DNA of 59,452 nucleotides, taken from a virus (Duplodnaviria; Caudoviricetes). The stretch is taken from positions 1 to 59,452 of IMG/VR virus record IMGVR_UViG_3300037961_003462. The stretch is one strand, 5' to 3'. The number at the start of each line of letters is the position of its first letter. Position 1 is the first letter of the stretch. The notes beneath the pieces are model-generated. The model was not told where the DNA came from, made no database searches, and was given only the letters and a program-made list of their open reading frames with translations. Positions 46,613-56,339 of this stretch are shown one piece after another. Both the position numbers and the translations under genes were made by a program.

Positions 46613-49600
46613 GATGCTTTATTTGTTACGACCCCATTAGAATCAACAGTCAGCACATCAGTACCTACCTTATAGAAGCCTGCCGATGCTCTTGTTGAGC
46701 CATTAGAATTAGTAAATATAATATCGTGTAGCGCAGGTGTACCTCCAGAACCCCCACTAAATGTTGAATGATGCAATGTTATCCCTGGTGTTCCAGCACA
46801 AGCGGTAACAGAACTAGAAGCATTATAAAATGCCGTGAATGATGGTAGTGCAGCAGCACAGCTTGCTGTTATTTCAAACAGATTTGCCTTGACGCAGAAG
46901 AAGTTTAGCAACAACCTAGATGGAGATGCTGATGTCTTGGGAACAATCATTACATACTCGGCCACATTTGTAGCAGCAGTCACTTCTGATGTATCTATTG
47001 ACACATTCTGAACACCATCGTTAGTATATGAAGACCCGTTATAGTCTATAACCGTAAATGGAACTGAAGCAGAGCCCGAAGAAGGTAGTGGGGCAATCTT
47101 CCCGCTATGAGACCAAAACTTTTCAACAAACCCAATCACAGATGAAGTATACGAGTTAAATGTACTTGTTCCTAAACTAGCCAACAGCATGCCTGCGTGT
47201 TCTGTATTAGCAAGTGCTCCTGATAAGTCAACATTAGGCTTTATCCTTATAGTAACAGCACCCGTTCCACTTCCAAGTTCAACAGGAAACCTGTACAGCT
47301 CTTGATTTGAAAATACTTGAGCTGGCACAAATGGAGTAGATGCCGACGTAGCACAAGCAGTAGCACAAACAGGGCAGTCCACTATTTCAGACAATGCACC
47401 ACTATTGATGTGATAAGCCACTCCATTGCCCCTACTATATAGACCATCGTTTGCAATGTTTGCCAAGTCTCTATCCGTAAACACTCCCTTAACCTTCAAC
47501 GGATCATCCGCATCAATATATAGCTGCGTACTACCCGTGGTGCAACATACAGTGTTTAGGTTGTCATCAAATGAACTTACAGGAGAAACCACACTAAAAT
47601 CAGCTGGTCTGTTTACATTCCTTAAATCCCATATTAGATACAAATAATTTTCTCCAGTCTCTCTTACATAATTAAAGTCAGCAAAGTATCCATTACCTGC
47701 GCTGTTTGCGGAAACAGACAGTGGTGGCTTCAGTTCAGAGTCAGCTAGTATTGTTTGGATCTGAGAGGCTGAATATTGTGTAGATGTCTCAAGTATTCTA
47801 AACCTATGAACAGGGTCAGCAGCAGTCATATCATCTAAAACAAAAGACCCATTATTAAACGCAGACATTCTTATTGTATCACCGCTAACAGGTATGATGC
47901 CTTCTCCAGGCAATCCCGCCTTCTGAATAAAACTACTCACGACAGTAGCATTTGAGCCCGACCCCAAAACGAATTGCCCACCTTCCAAATCTGAGTACCC
48001 TCCACTTTCTATTCTTGAAAATGCATACCCCACTTGCTGCCCATCGCTCTCATTGCTGTTAAGCACAACATACACCACATTCAATAGTGTTGGTTCAGGG
48101 CAAGGAGCTTTAATTATAAACTCACCCATCACAGCCTGAGGATAAGATATATCAATCGTAACGTTGTTTGGCTTGGACTTATTCTTCGTAAAGTTGAAGG
48201 TTGTATCGCTGTTTATAGCAGAGCCGCTACCACCTCTAGTAGAGCCATCCCAAGTAATAGTTGGCGTTATGTTACCCGCAGAGGTTCTCTTAATTGTATA
48301 TCCGTCAGCCAATGAGACAACCCCGCCCCCATTTTGTACAATCTCTGTTTCAGAATTAATAGACTTTACACTTCCAGTAGCTCCCGTTGTTTTGTTTACA
48401 ATAACATCATTGGTGGCAACACCATCCGTTACAAAGGTGGCATTCGTGTCTATTAGTTTCCTTCCCTCAGCAAAAGCATAAATCTCATATCTCTTGCCGG
48501 ATGCTGCAATGTCTGAGCTTATTGTAACCACCTCATCGCCATCTATGTTGGTTATTGTGGCTATGTTGCCATCGATTCTTACTTGGTCGTTGACAGCCAC
48601 TTGCTCTCCAAATATTGCGGTTGAATCCACTAGTTTGTTTGTAGTGGTGCTTGTTGCTGTTCCCGTCTTCTTTATTGTTGGGTTGTTGGTTGATGACCCC
48701 TCGGAAACAAATTGAGCAATATCATCCACCTCGATGGTAATTGCTATATCTCCAACAGTGTCTCCAAAGTCAACCTCTGTCTTCCTAGTTGTAGCAGACG
48801 TGCTGTTTACGGCCTCTAGTTTCCTAGTTACGATTATATCGCAAGGTTCTATCACGGTTCTTTCAGGCAACGCCACATCAGTGCCCGCCAATACATACTC
48901 ATCGGAATGCTCATCAAAACCTCCAATATGTTGCGTGTTTATGTTTGCCTTGAGTTTATCTCTAAAGTAAGACCGAAGCCCTGCATCTGATATAACAATC
49001 ATTTGGAGATTGTTTGAAGAAGTTCCACTTAATCGTATCACAGCCCCTCTCTTGGCATCAGTAAAGAAATAATCAGATCCGTGCCTTGAAAAACTCTCTG
49101 CGTTTCTGCTTATCCCGTGCTCCTCAACCCTAGCCACTTGAGTTCCCAAGAACTTATCCCCCTCAGCAGTTAATACAACATTGCCTGAAGACGTTGTTAC
49201 TAGTGTTTTATCTACTACTACGTGAGACACCCTGTCCTCTTGTAAAACTAGGAGGTCGTTTCCAATATCAGACAAAACCATAGTTTCACCAAACATCCTG
49301 TCAAGGTCTTGAAAGTTGCCCACTCCAAGGTTGAATTCATTTAGTCTATTAAGGTTTGTCTCTTGAACAAAAATATCACTGAATGTAAGCGAAGCAAATC
49401 TGTCTTCCTCCTTGTATTCCGTCTCAGATACAGAAGAAACTCTTTCTCCTAAAACAATCTTATGTGCAACCTGCCTATCTCTAGCCTTCATAGATTCTGC
49501 TCCATTAGGGAACATTATACAATTGAAGAAATTTAGGTCACATATAGCATCAGCACTTGTTGCTGTATTCTGATCTTGCGTATTACCCTTGTGAATTCTC

Positions 49601-52488
49601 TTACCAGCACCATCAACGCCTATATCAAAAGTTTGGTTACCCTCAAAATATATGTCATCGTTTATTTCTATTGGCTTTGTTTCAAATATGAAAGTTCCAT
49701 TAGAACTTATAATAGTGATAACACCCTTGCTTTTAGCCTTTTTGCCCGCAGTGCAACCCTTTCTACCAGCACGAGTATGTAGTTCTAATCCGCCATTAGA
49801 CTGTCTTATGAACTGAAACTCATGCTCTCCGTTAGGATCACTGCCAAATATGTTGTTTGTTCCCGACTGAAAGAAAGAATCCCCTATCGACGGGTCATAT
49901 CTTGTATTAAGTGCTATCTCGCCGGAAGATACTTTTAGGCTTTCGAAACTTATACCACCCAAGTGCCCGTCGAAAAACTCCTTAAAGTTTGCGTAGTCGG
50001 ATTGAGCAACAAACTCATCCATTATGTATTCATCAAAAAACCCTTTACAGTTATCAGAGGACCCCTCTCTGTGGTGCTTTATCTTCATAGATATGATACT
50101 ACCCGTAGTGATAGGTATGTCGATACCTCCAGGTGTAAATAGCCTAAATCTCAATGGGTCTTGCTTGTTGTTTTTTGTTTGAACGCCATTGGGCTTGGGC
50201 TCTATATTTATAACAGATGTCTCCGCACTACTAACATCAAAGTCTCCATCAGGTTTAATGGACATATAAAGCCCCGCAGGAGTGTTAACTGATACAGGGA
50301 GACCATTTTCCTCAAACGACTCAACACCCAAAACAGTGCACTCCACCAAGTTATCTAAAGCCCCTGCCGAGTCAGACTTAACAATAAGCCTATCCCCTTC
50401 TTTCATTTTGTTTTGGTTGTCACCCTCTAGCCTAAAGTATGCTGTGCCGTTAGTGTCATCCAAGTATACTATATCGCTATATATGGTTTCGTGGTCACCA
50501 CTAGAGCTTTTCATAAAAAACTTGTACTTGCTAGCCCATGTTGGTGGCTTTTGAGTGACAGGTATTCTCACTCTTGCGGCATTCCTTTCATTACTATTAG
50601 CTGGTGAAACAAAAAAGTCATTGTTCTGTGAAGTCAATACCGTTGAGGATCTATTATACTCATCCATATAGGCTATCCCAACAGTATAGTCCCTATTGCT
50701 ATGTAAAGACTTCTTGCCCGAATCAGCCTCGAACGCAGAGTAATCCATAGTGGCTATACTGAAATAATCATAAAAGTCCGAACTAGAATGATTCAACTTG
50801 AACGCAGGAAACTTAAATGTTACATCATTACTGCCTAGCGTTGGAGTAACCTGTATCTGTCTTGTTTCAACTAGACTGCTTATACTTGTGCCAATAGCCT
50901 CAATGCCGTTCGCAACTATAGACATCCCTGTCCTGCTTCTTGTGCTCTCATAGGCACACATATACTGCTCCGTGAAGTTGTCTGTTGTATTACAGAAATT
51001 ATTGTCCGTCACAGACTTAGAAGTGTCTATGTTCGTTATATTGGTGTAACCCTGGGAGGTTATATCAAACCCCAAGGCCAATTTAAACTCGGCACTGTTA
51101 AATAAGTCATATACTGAGCTGTAGTCTTTTGTTAGTTCGTAAAACATTTCAAAAGAAAACGTGCTTGGCTCAGACGAAGTAGCTACATAAGTAGACGATG
51201 CCTCTCTAGAAAAGTTAAACACCAAACTAAAAATTGACCCTTGAGTCAAAGGTTGGCTCGAAAAGTCAACAGTTGCCTGAGCATTATCTACAGTTACCGC
51301 TCCCCCACTAATGTTATAGTCTAAGTTTGACAGTGTAATTTCTGACCCCGTCTCATTAACCGTTGTTACAATAGGTAGTTCCCTCCTCTCAGCAGTGTAA
51401 GTCATTTTAACCTTAGCCCCATCGCTATCTAGCAGATTGAACCCATCAACGTAGTTGCCATAAACTAGCCTCCCACCAATAATGGTTTGGGCCTTAGCAA
51501 ATCTAGGTACGTTATCAAATAGCCTTAACAGCTGGCTCTGAGGAAGTGCAGTATATATCTTACTATTGTCGAACGTAATTGTGTGGTCTATATTATCTGG
51601 CAATCCAAACTCAGCCTTGTCGTAGTTCTGTATTACGTTTACAACATTTGTGTCGCTAATCTTGTAGCATAGTTGTATGTCTGTTACCCTCTTGTCTCCC
51701 GTATTAAAGGTCACTTCAACAGAGTTGAATCTATTAAGCATCCCCTCATTATCATAAGATCCTCTATCGAAGTCAAACTTATTACCCTCAAATGCCACCT
51801 CGCTAAACTGAGACAACGCACTATACTCTCCGTCTCTGTATCTAAATCTATATGCAAATGATATAAACTTGTCCTCTATAAAGTTCTCATCAGTGCCCGT
51901 CTTGAGCATATTAATAGTTGGAGCACTTGATGGTGGTTTTTGTATAACGCTAAAATCATCCTCTGTAACGTTATCAGCTAAAGTCCCACCACTAGGAAAA
52001 GGATAATTCCTTGTTACGTTAATTCTTCTCGGTGGATTGAAGTCGTCTGTAAAGAACAGCAAGTCGCCAATCTTACTTACGCCATTTATTAAATGAGAAG
52101 CACTAAAGTTTAGCACGCTTACAGATATGGCATGATACAACAACTGCTCCGTATTCATATTGTACGAAACAATCATATCCATTGCCGTGGTTGTAGCACC
52201 TGTATTGTTAGTGCCTCCCGGATCATGGACAAACCAGTATATGGTTTCGTTTGCGTCATCAGCAAAAGCACCCAAGCACACTGTATCAAAAGAAAGCCTA
52301 GTGCCTGCAAACTCAAGTTCAGTTAGCCTACGGCTACCCTCAACATTCTGCACAGCACCAAGTTCACCAGAGTCACCTGAACTGTTGACCCTGACATTCA
52401 TTGCATCTGTATATTGACTTGCAGGAACGATACGTTCGTCCGCTCCCTTGTTCATTTTACCTGCGGTAAATTCCCTACGTTCTCTCAT
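46606..52488 (-). CDS. Tail nozzle/stabilization protein with long C-terminal extension
   Basis: FTAGKMNKGADER, YTDAMNVRV, LFFTDDFNPPRRINV, FAYRFRY, RLVYGNY, HGISRNAESF. Confidence 0.75.
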   Translation of the reverse strand: MRERREFTAGKMNKGADERIVPASQYTDAMNVRVNSSGDSGELGAVQNVEGSRRLTELEFAGTRLSFDTVCLGAFADDANETIYWFVHDPGGTNNTGATTTAMDMIVSYNMNTEQLLYHAISVSVLNFSASHLINGVSKIGDLLFFTDDFNPPRRINVTRNYPFPSGGTLADNVTEDDFSVIQKPPSSAPTINMLKTGTDENFIEDKFISFAYRFRYRDGEYSALSQFSEVAFEGNKFDFDRGSYDNEGMLNRFNSVEVTFNTGDKRVTDIQLCYKISDTNVVNVIQNYDKAEFGLPDNIDHTITFDNSKIYTALPQSQLLRLFDNVPRFAKAQTIIGGRLVYGNYVDGFNLLDSDGAKVKMTYTAERRELPIVTTVNETGSEITLSNLDYNISGGAVTVDNAQATVDFSSQPLTQGSIFSLVFNFSREASSTYVATSSEPSTFSFEMFYELTKDYSSVYDLFNSAEFKLALGFDITSQGYTNITNIDTSKSVTDNNFCNTTDNFTEQYMCAYESTRSRTGMSIVANGIEAIGTSISSLVETRQIQVTPTLGSNDVTFKFPAFKLNHSSSDFYDYFSIATMDYSAFEADSGKKSLHSNRDYTVGIAYMDEYNRSSTVLTSQNNDFFVSPANSNERNAARVRIPVTQKPPTWASKYKFFMKSSSGDHETIYSDIVYLDDTNGTAYFRLEGDNQNKMKEGDRLIVKSDSAGALDNLVECTVLGVESFEENGLPVSVNTPAGLYMSIKPDGDFDVSSAETSVINIEPKPNGVQTKNNKQDPLRFRLFTPGGIDIPITTGSIISMKIKHHREGSSDNCKGFFDEYIMDEFVAQSDYANFKEFFDGHLGGISFESLKVSSGEIALNTRYDPSIGDSFFQSGTNNIFGSDPNGEHEFQFIRQSNGGLELHTRAGRKGCTAGKKAKSKGVITIISSNGTFIFETKPIEINDDIYFEGNQTFDIGVDGAGKRIHKGNTQDQNTATSADAICDLNFFNCIMFPNGAESMKARDRQVAHKIVLGERVSSVSETEYKEEDRFASLTFSDIFVQETNLNRLNEFNLGVGNFQDLDRMFGETMVLSDIGNDLLVLQEDRVSHVVVDKTLVTTSSGNVVLTAEGDKFLGTQVARVEEHGISRNAESFSRHGSDYFFTDAKRGAVIRLSGTSSNNLQMIVISDAGLRSYFRDKLKANINTQHIGGFDEHSDEYVLAGTDVALPERTVIEPCDIIVTRKLEAVNSTSATTRKTEVDFGDTVGDIAITIEVDDIAQFVSEGSSTNNPTIKKTGTATSTTTNKLVDSTAIFGEQVAVNDQVRIDGNIATITNIDGDEVVTISSDIAASGKRYEIYAFAEGRKLIDTNATFVTDGVATNDVIVNKTTGATGSVKSINSETEIVQNGGGVVSLADGYTIKRTSAGNITPTITWDGSTRGGSGSAINSDTTFNFTKNKSKPNNVTIDISYPQAVMGEFIIKAPCPEPTLLNVVYVVLNSNESDGQQVGYAFSRIESGGYSDLEGGQFVLGSGSNATVVSSFIQKAGLPGEGIIPVSGDTIRMSAFNNGSFVLDDMTAADPVHRFRILETSTQYSASQIQTILADSELKPPLSVSANSAGNGYFADFNYVRETGENYLYLIWDLRNVNRPADFSVVSPVSSFDDNLNTVCCTTGSTQLYIDADDPLKVKGVFTDRDLANIANDGLYSRGNGVAYHINSGALSEIVDCPVCATACATSASTPFVPAQVFSNQELYRFPVELGSGTGAVTIRIKPNVDLSGALANTEHAGMLLASLGTSTFNSYTSSVIGFVEKFWSHSGKIAPLPSSGSASVPFTVIDYNGSSYTNDGVQNVSIDTSEVTAATNVAEYVMIVPKTSASPSRLLLNFFCVKANLFEITASCAAALPSFTAFYNASSSVTACAGTPGITLHHSTFSGGSGGTPALHDIIFTNSNGSTRASAGFYKVGTDVLTVDSNGVVTNKASC

Positions 52489-53408
52489 TTAATTACGTTA
52501 CCCTGAGACCTTAAATTCATTAGTAGTCTTCCCGGGTGAATATTGCTCAATCGTATTTTAGCGTTTCTAAGTAAGGCCGTTTTATCTTTTTGAGACCTTC
52601 TGACAACATACTCTTGAATACCCACCCTAGAGTTGACTATCATATATTTTATATAAGCATATATATATTCTTCAAACAGTTTGTTCACACTCACCAAAGA
52701 GTCGTCGCCACCTTCCATGCCATCAGAAATGTATTCTAAAAGACAGGTTTCATTCGCCATATGAGATGAAAAGTTTATAACTCCAGCCCTTCTATCGATT
52801 CTAAATGTTGGATTAGCATTTGCCGTTTCAGAGTTAAGACCAAATCTAGCCCCAATATTATAATCAAAGTACCACCTTCCATCAACAAACATACCCTCTC
52901 TGCCGTGAAACCTACTTCCCTCATTTAGGTATAAAGTTCTTTCAACGCCAGCTATTCTGTCTAAGTCCAATTCAGATTGCTCAGGCTGTAATATCTCTCC
53001 CGATTCATCAAAGAGTATACGACAATCATTGTCTTGTAAATAAGACATTGCGCTGTTAGCTTGAATGTTTTCTGTTAATGGGAATAAAGCTCCATCTTGA
53101 TATAAAGATATTCTTATCCAATTAACAAAGTCAGGAGGCAATACAAACCTTAAGTTATCACATACTTCTAACTCAAGTGCTTTTATCTCTTTGAATGCAT
53201 CATAGTTTAATTCTTGGATGCCACGCTTGGCGTAAAATATAACCTGAGCTCTAGATACATTGGCTAGCATTTCGTTGTTGCCCGTATACATCATCATAAA
53301 ATTATTGACAATGTCCTTTAGCGGAACATACTGATACGACCCCCAGTTGGCATTTTCAGGAGCGGATCCTGCATTCTCATAGTATTGATATCCTGTTAAA
53401 TATGGCAT
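52485..53408 (-). CDS. Tail ring/adaptor protein
   Basis: AKRGIQEL...LPPDFVNWIRI...LEYISDG; position after capsid block. Confidence 0.65.
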   Translation of the reverse strand: MPYLTGYQYYENAGSAPENANWGSYQYVPLKDIVNNFMMMYTGNNEMLANVSRAQVIFYAKRGIQELNYDAFKEIKALELEVCDNLRFVLPPDFVNWIRISLYQDGALFPLTENIQANSAMSYLQDNDCRILFDESGEILQPEQSELDLDRIAGVERTLYLNEGSRFHGREGMFVDGRWYFDYNIGARFGLNSETANANPTFRIDRRAGVINFSSHMANETCLLEYISDGMEGGDDSLVSVNKLFEEYIYAYIKYMIVNSRVGIQEYVVRRSQKDKTALLRNAKIRLSNIHPGRLLMNLRSQGNVIK

Positions 53409-54391
53409 TATCTATCTTCGTTTGCGTTTATACTAGCTAGGACCGATGCATCTTTAGCAAATTGTGACTCCCTTATTGATATACCTGCCAAAGTAGCAAT
53501 CTTAGATATAAGATAGGGAATCTCTGATTTTGGCAGTTCAAAGTCTTGGAAGTCCGCAGCAGATGCATTAAACACTTCCTGTGGGTTTGCAGCACCCGTT
53601 ACAGTAACACCCGTCCAATTAGGGTCTTTAGGGTTCCTAACATACTGAGCTATTACACTGCCAGGGTTTGTTATGGTGTTAGGATACATTATGATGTTGT
53701 CGGCCTGCATCAAGCAAGATGGAAACATAGTAGATGGATTAACTAACGTAGATGCCGCTAGATTAAATATTTGAGACGGGTCTTGTATCTCAATCTCACT
53801 ATACTTAGTAGGATTAAATATCTTGTACTTAAGTGCGCCTGCTCCAAAAATGTCATCGGTAATCTTTAGTGAAGTCCCACTCTCTACCTCCACCACAAAA
53901 GCCAAGGTATTATCATCAGTGTTTACAACCAAGTCGCCTGCGGATGCTGTGTTGCCAAATGCAGACAACCCCGTAAGTGAAGGGTCTACTAGTTTATTTG
54001 TGCTAACTGCACTCTCCTTTGTGCCCGATATCCTTTCAGTATCATAAAAGAAGAGTTTATTAAGAAGATACAGGTCGCTAGGCTTATCATACACATGCCC
54101 ATCAGTAGCGTTGCCTAGTGGAGCTAGAGTTGAAAATATCTCTATGACCTGTCTTTTCCTTTCGGCTATGTTGGCATAATCCTCGTTGCTAGCAACAGAT
54201 TTAGCGTTTGATTGATTTACTGCAACTCTTTTATTTTGCTTATCAATGTGAGTATTGTAATCATACATATACTCTTTAAAAATCTCTAGCTGGGCTTGTC
54301 TTGCAAAGTGATTGAAGTCCCTTCTTGAGATGTATCCGTAATTATTTTTATTCGCTAATGCGAGTACAGTTTGACGAACCTCATTAATCAT
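53408..54391 (-). CDS. Tail ring/adaptor protein with inserted beta domain
   Basis: LANKNNYGYI...FNHFARQAQLEIF...QYVRNPKDPNW...DFELP. Confidence 0.65.
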   Translation of the reverse strand: MINEVRQTVLALANKNNYGYISRRDFNHFARQAQLEIFKEYMYDYNTHIDKQNKRVAVNQSNAKSVASNEDYANIAERKRQVIEIFSTLAPLGNATDGHVYDKPSDLYLLNKLFFYDTERISGTKESAVSTNKLVDPSLTGLSAFGNTASAGDLVVNTDDNTLAFVVEVESGTSLKITDDIFGAGALKYKIFNPTKYSEIEIQDPSQIFNLAASTLVNPSTMFPSCLMQADNIIMYPNTITNPGSVIAQYVRNPKDPNWTGVTVTGAANPQEVFNASAADFQDFELPKSEIPYLISKIATLAGISIRESQFAKDASVLASINANEDR

Positions 54392-54410
54392 AACGGTAAA
54401 GATACAAAAT

Positions 54411-54435
54411 AAAAAAGGGGTCGAAAACGACCCCT
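54411..54435 (-). terminator. Intrinsic terminator
   Basis: GGGGTCG/CGACCCC stem with a T run on the minus strand. Confidence 0.8.
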
Positions 54436-54460
54436 AATAAAATTAAATACAACCTTTCGA

Positions 54461-54799
54461 TTAAGCAAGTCCTTCGTCGAAGTCTCTCTGGTCGTATGTA
54501 ATGCCTTCAATTGCATATGGCAATGTAACATCATAAATTGGGTTAGTCCAAGATGTCTCCAAAGCATTTCCGATTTCAGCCACTAGAGCTCTTTGTTGCT
54601 CCTTTATCTTGTCTTCTGTATTAGCAAGGCTTGATGTTATCGTGACAGTAGCATACTCAGCATCAGCATCATTCAAAGTCACTGAGTCTAAATGAATGTC
54701 GACGTTTTGCGTGCCTGTACGAGCTCTAACTGCAAGGATTTTGTCCACTGCAATTATGTTATCCATGTTGTCAAAAGAAAGTTTTATAAACTTTTTCAT
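54461..54799 (-). CDS. Putative minor virion protein
   Basis: Own TATATTTG promoter at 54834-54841; weak similarity to 54842-55459. Confidence 0.6.
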   Translation of the reverse strand: MKKFIKLSFDNMDNIIAVDKILAVRARTGTQNVDIHLDSVTLNDADAEYATVTITSSLANTEDKIKEQQRALVAEIGNALETSWTNPIYDVTLPYAIEGITYDQRDFDEGLA

Positions 54800-54841
54800 A
54801 GTAAAAAAATGTTGTTAGTTAAAAAATACTCTGCAAATATA

Positions 54842-55459
54842 CTAAGAAACTAGAACCGATGCTGAACCCCTCTGTATAGCCACAAACTCTTCTGAGCCTT
54901 GAGGAATGACAAAGTCTGCCATTACCTTAGTTGAGTTAGACTGCAAGTGTGTTTCTATCTGATTGATAAGAGCATCATAGAAAGCCCCTGCTTTTGCTTC
55001 GCTTGGGTCATTACCCTCAAATACAATCGTTATCATAGCCCCGCTCGCATATTGAATCTCAATGCCGTTGTATACTAATGCAACAACTGGAGACCCCGCA
55101 GCGAATTCTCTTGGCCCTCCGACTTGAACTATAGATGCGATATCGTTACATCTAATAATGCTGTCTCTACGAGTATCCTTATCATATATGTTAAAGTTAT
55201 TGCTCGCAGGTATCGCAAACGTACTATGTGTGTTTAATGTCAATTCGGTTGCACTGTCTACGGTTACTACTTTATCAAGAGCATATGCAGGTCCATTGTC
55301 TGTTGCTGTTGAGGTTAATACAAAGTCTCCTACATCAACACCCAGTGTTATGAAATTAGTACCCGCTGCACCTTTTAGTTGATTATTCGCAGTAGGGGTG
55401 TCACTCGTGCCGCCAGCCTTAGCTATAGCTAATGAGTTTATACGTAAATATTTTTCCAT
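54842..55459 (-). CDS. Putative minor virion protein with inserted beta domain
   Basis: ATG 55459 (MEKYLRIN), 4 nt after TATATTTG. Confidence 0.65.
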   Translation of the reverse strand: MEKYLRINSLAIAKAGGTSDTPTANNQLKGAAGTNFITLGVDVGDFVLTSTATDNGPAYALDKVVTVDSATELTLNTHSTFAIPASNNFNIYDKDTRRDSIIRCNDIASIVQVGGPREFAAGSPVVALVYNGIEIQYASGAMITIVFEGNDPSEAKAGAFYDALINQIETHLQSNSTKVMADFVIPQGSEEFVAIQRGSASVLVS

Positions 55460-55477
55460 AGCGCAAATATAATGAAT

Positions 55478-55530
55478 AAAAAAAAGAGCCCCGAAGGGCT
55501 CTCTAAACAATAATTATGAACTATCTATCG
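55478..55530 (-). ncRNA. Putative small RNA (about 50 nt) including intrinsic terminator
   Basis: TATATTTG at 55541-55534, short body, then AGAGCCC-TTCG-GGGCTCT and a T run. Confidence 0.45.
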
Positions 55531-55555
55531 AGTCAAATATATAAATAAATATTTA

Positions 55556-56287
55556 CTATTCACCCTTTTTCTTAGATAATTGTTTTTCGAACATATTTAG
55601 AATATCACCATCCTGTTGAAGTAATGATACCACAATGTGTTGTGGGTCTTCTCCATAAGGAACGCTAGTAAGTTTCTTTTTGTTTCCAGGAAGGTTGAAG
55701 TAAATGTCTTTGTTCTTGTTACGCATAGACAACAATCCTTCCTCAAAAATCTTAGCTACTATATCTTGAATCTCAAGCATAGGATCCTCTAATGCCTCTA
55801 AGAACTCAATAGGGTTATTTTTAGCAAACAAAATCACATCTCGCTTCAATTCAGCAGATGACATTTTATCCGTGTTAAGGCCTAAGAATACTCGACCCAA
55901 TGTCTCCATTGTTTGAATATCAAGAGTCTTAGCAGCTATTAAAGCATCCACCTCGGCATTTATAATGTCTAACTCCTCTTGAGCGTTTTTCTCATTATCA
56001 AGCTCCATAAATATCTCTCCATTGCCTGGGTGAAGCTCCATAAATTGTTGAAGAACAGGGTTTGTAGATTGAACATGTAGAAAGCCATCCTTGAAGATGA
56101 TTGGTTCTAAAATAGCGTTGCCATCCTGCTCATCTTCGAATGGGCTTTTTTGGTTGCGAGCGTATCTAAGGGCTCTGTTTGTTGTTCCGTCAAAATGTAA
56201 CAAAGGGCTTCGGTGTGTGTGTCTTGAAGCCAACAAGAAGTTTAGTGGTGCTCTATCTTGCGTCAGCACGTATATTTTATCTTTCAT
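55556..56287 (-). CDS. Conserved capsid-adjacent protein
   Basis: MKDKIYVL...RALRYARNQKSPFEDEQ; ATG 56287. Confidence 0.75.
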   Translation of the reverse strand: MKDKIYVLTQDRAPLNFLLASRHTHRSPLLHFDGTTNRALRYARNQKSPFEDEQDGNAILEPIIFKDGFLHVQSTNPVLQQFMELHPGNGEIFMELDNEKNAQEELDIINAEVDALIAAKTLDIQTMETLGRVFLGLNTDKMSSAELKRDVILFAKNNPIEFLEALEDPMLEIQDIVAKIFEEGLLSMRNKNKDIYFNLPGNKKKLTSVPYGEDPQHIVVSLLQQDGDILNMFEKQLSKKKGE

Positions 56288-56300
56288 TTGATTAGAATTT

Positions 56301-56324
56301 AAAAAAGGGGGAGTTGCCTCCCCC
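56301..56324 (-). terminator. Intrinsic terminator after major capsid gene
   Basis: GGGGGAG/CTCCCCC stem with a T run on the minus strand. Confidence 0.8.
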
Positions 56325-56339
56325 ATTAATTAAGAAATA

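Noticed and set aside
55508-55548. Plus-strand micro-ORF MNYLSSQIYK
   Set aside because: No plus-strand promoter seen and it runs into the minus-strand promoter; interpreted as the complement of an sRNA, though not excluded.
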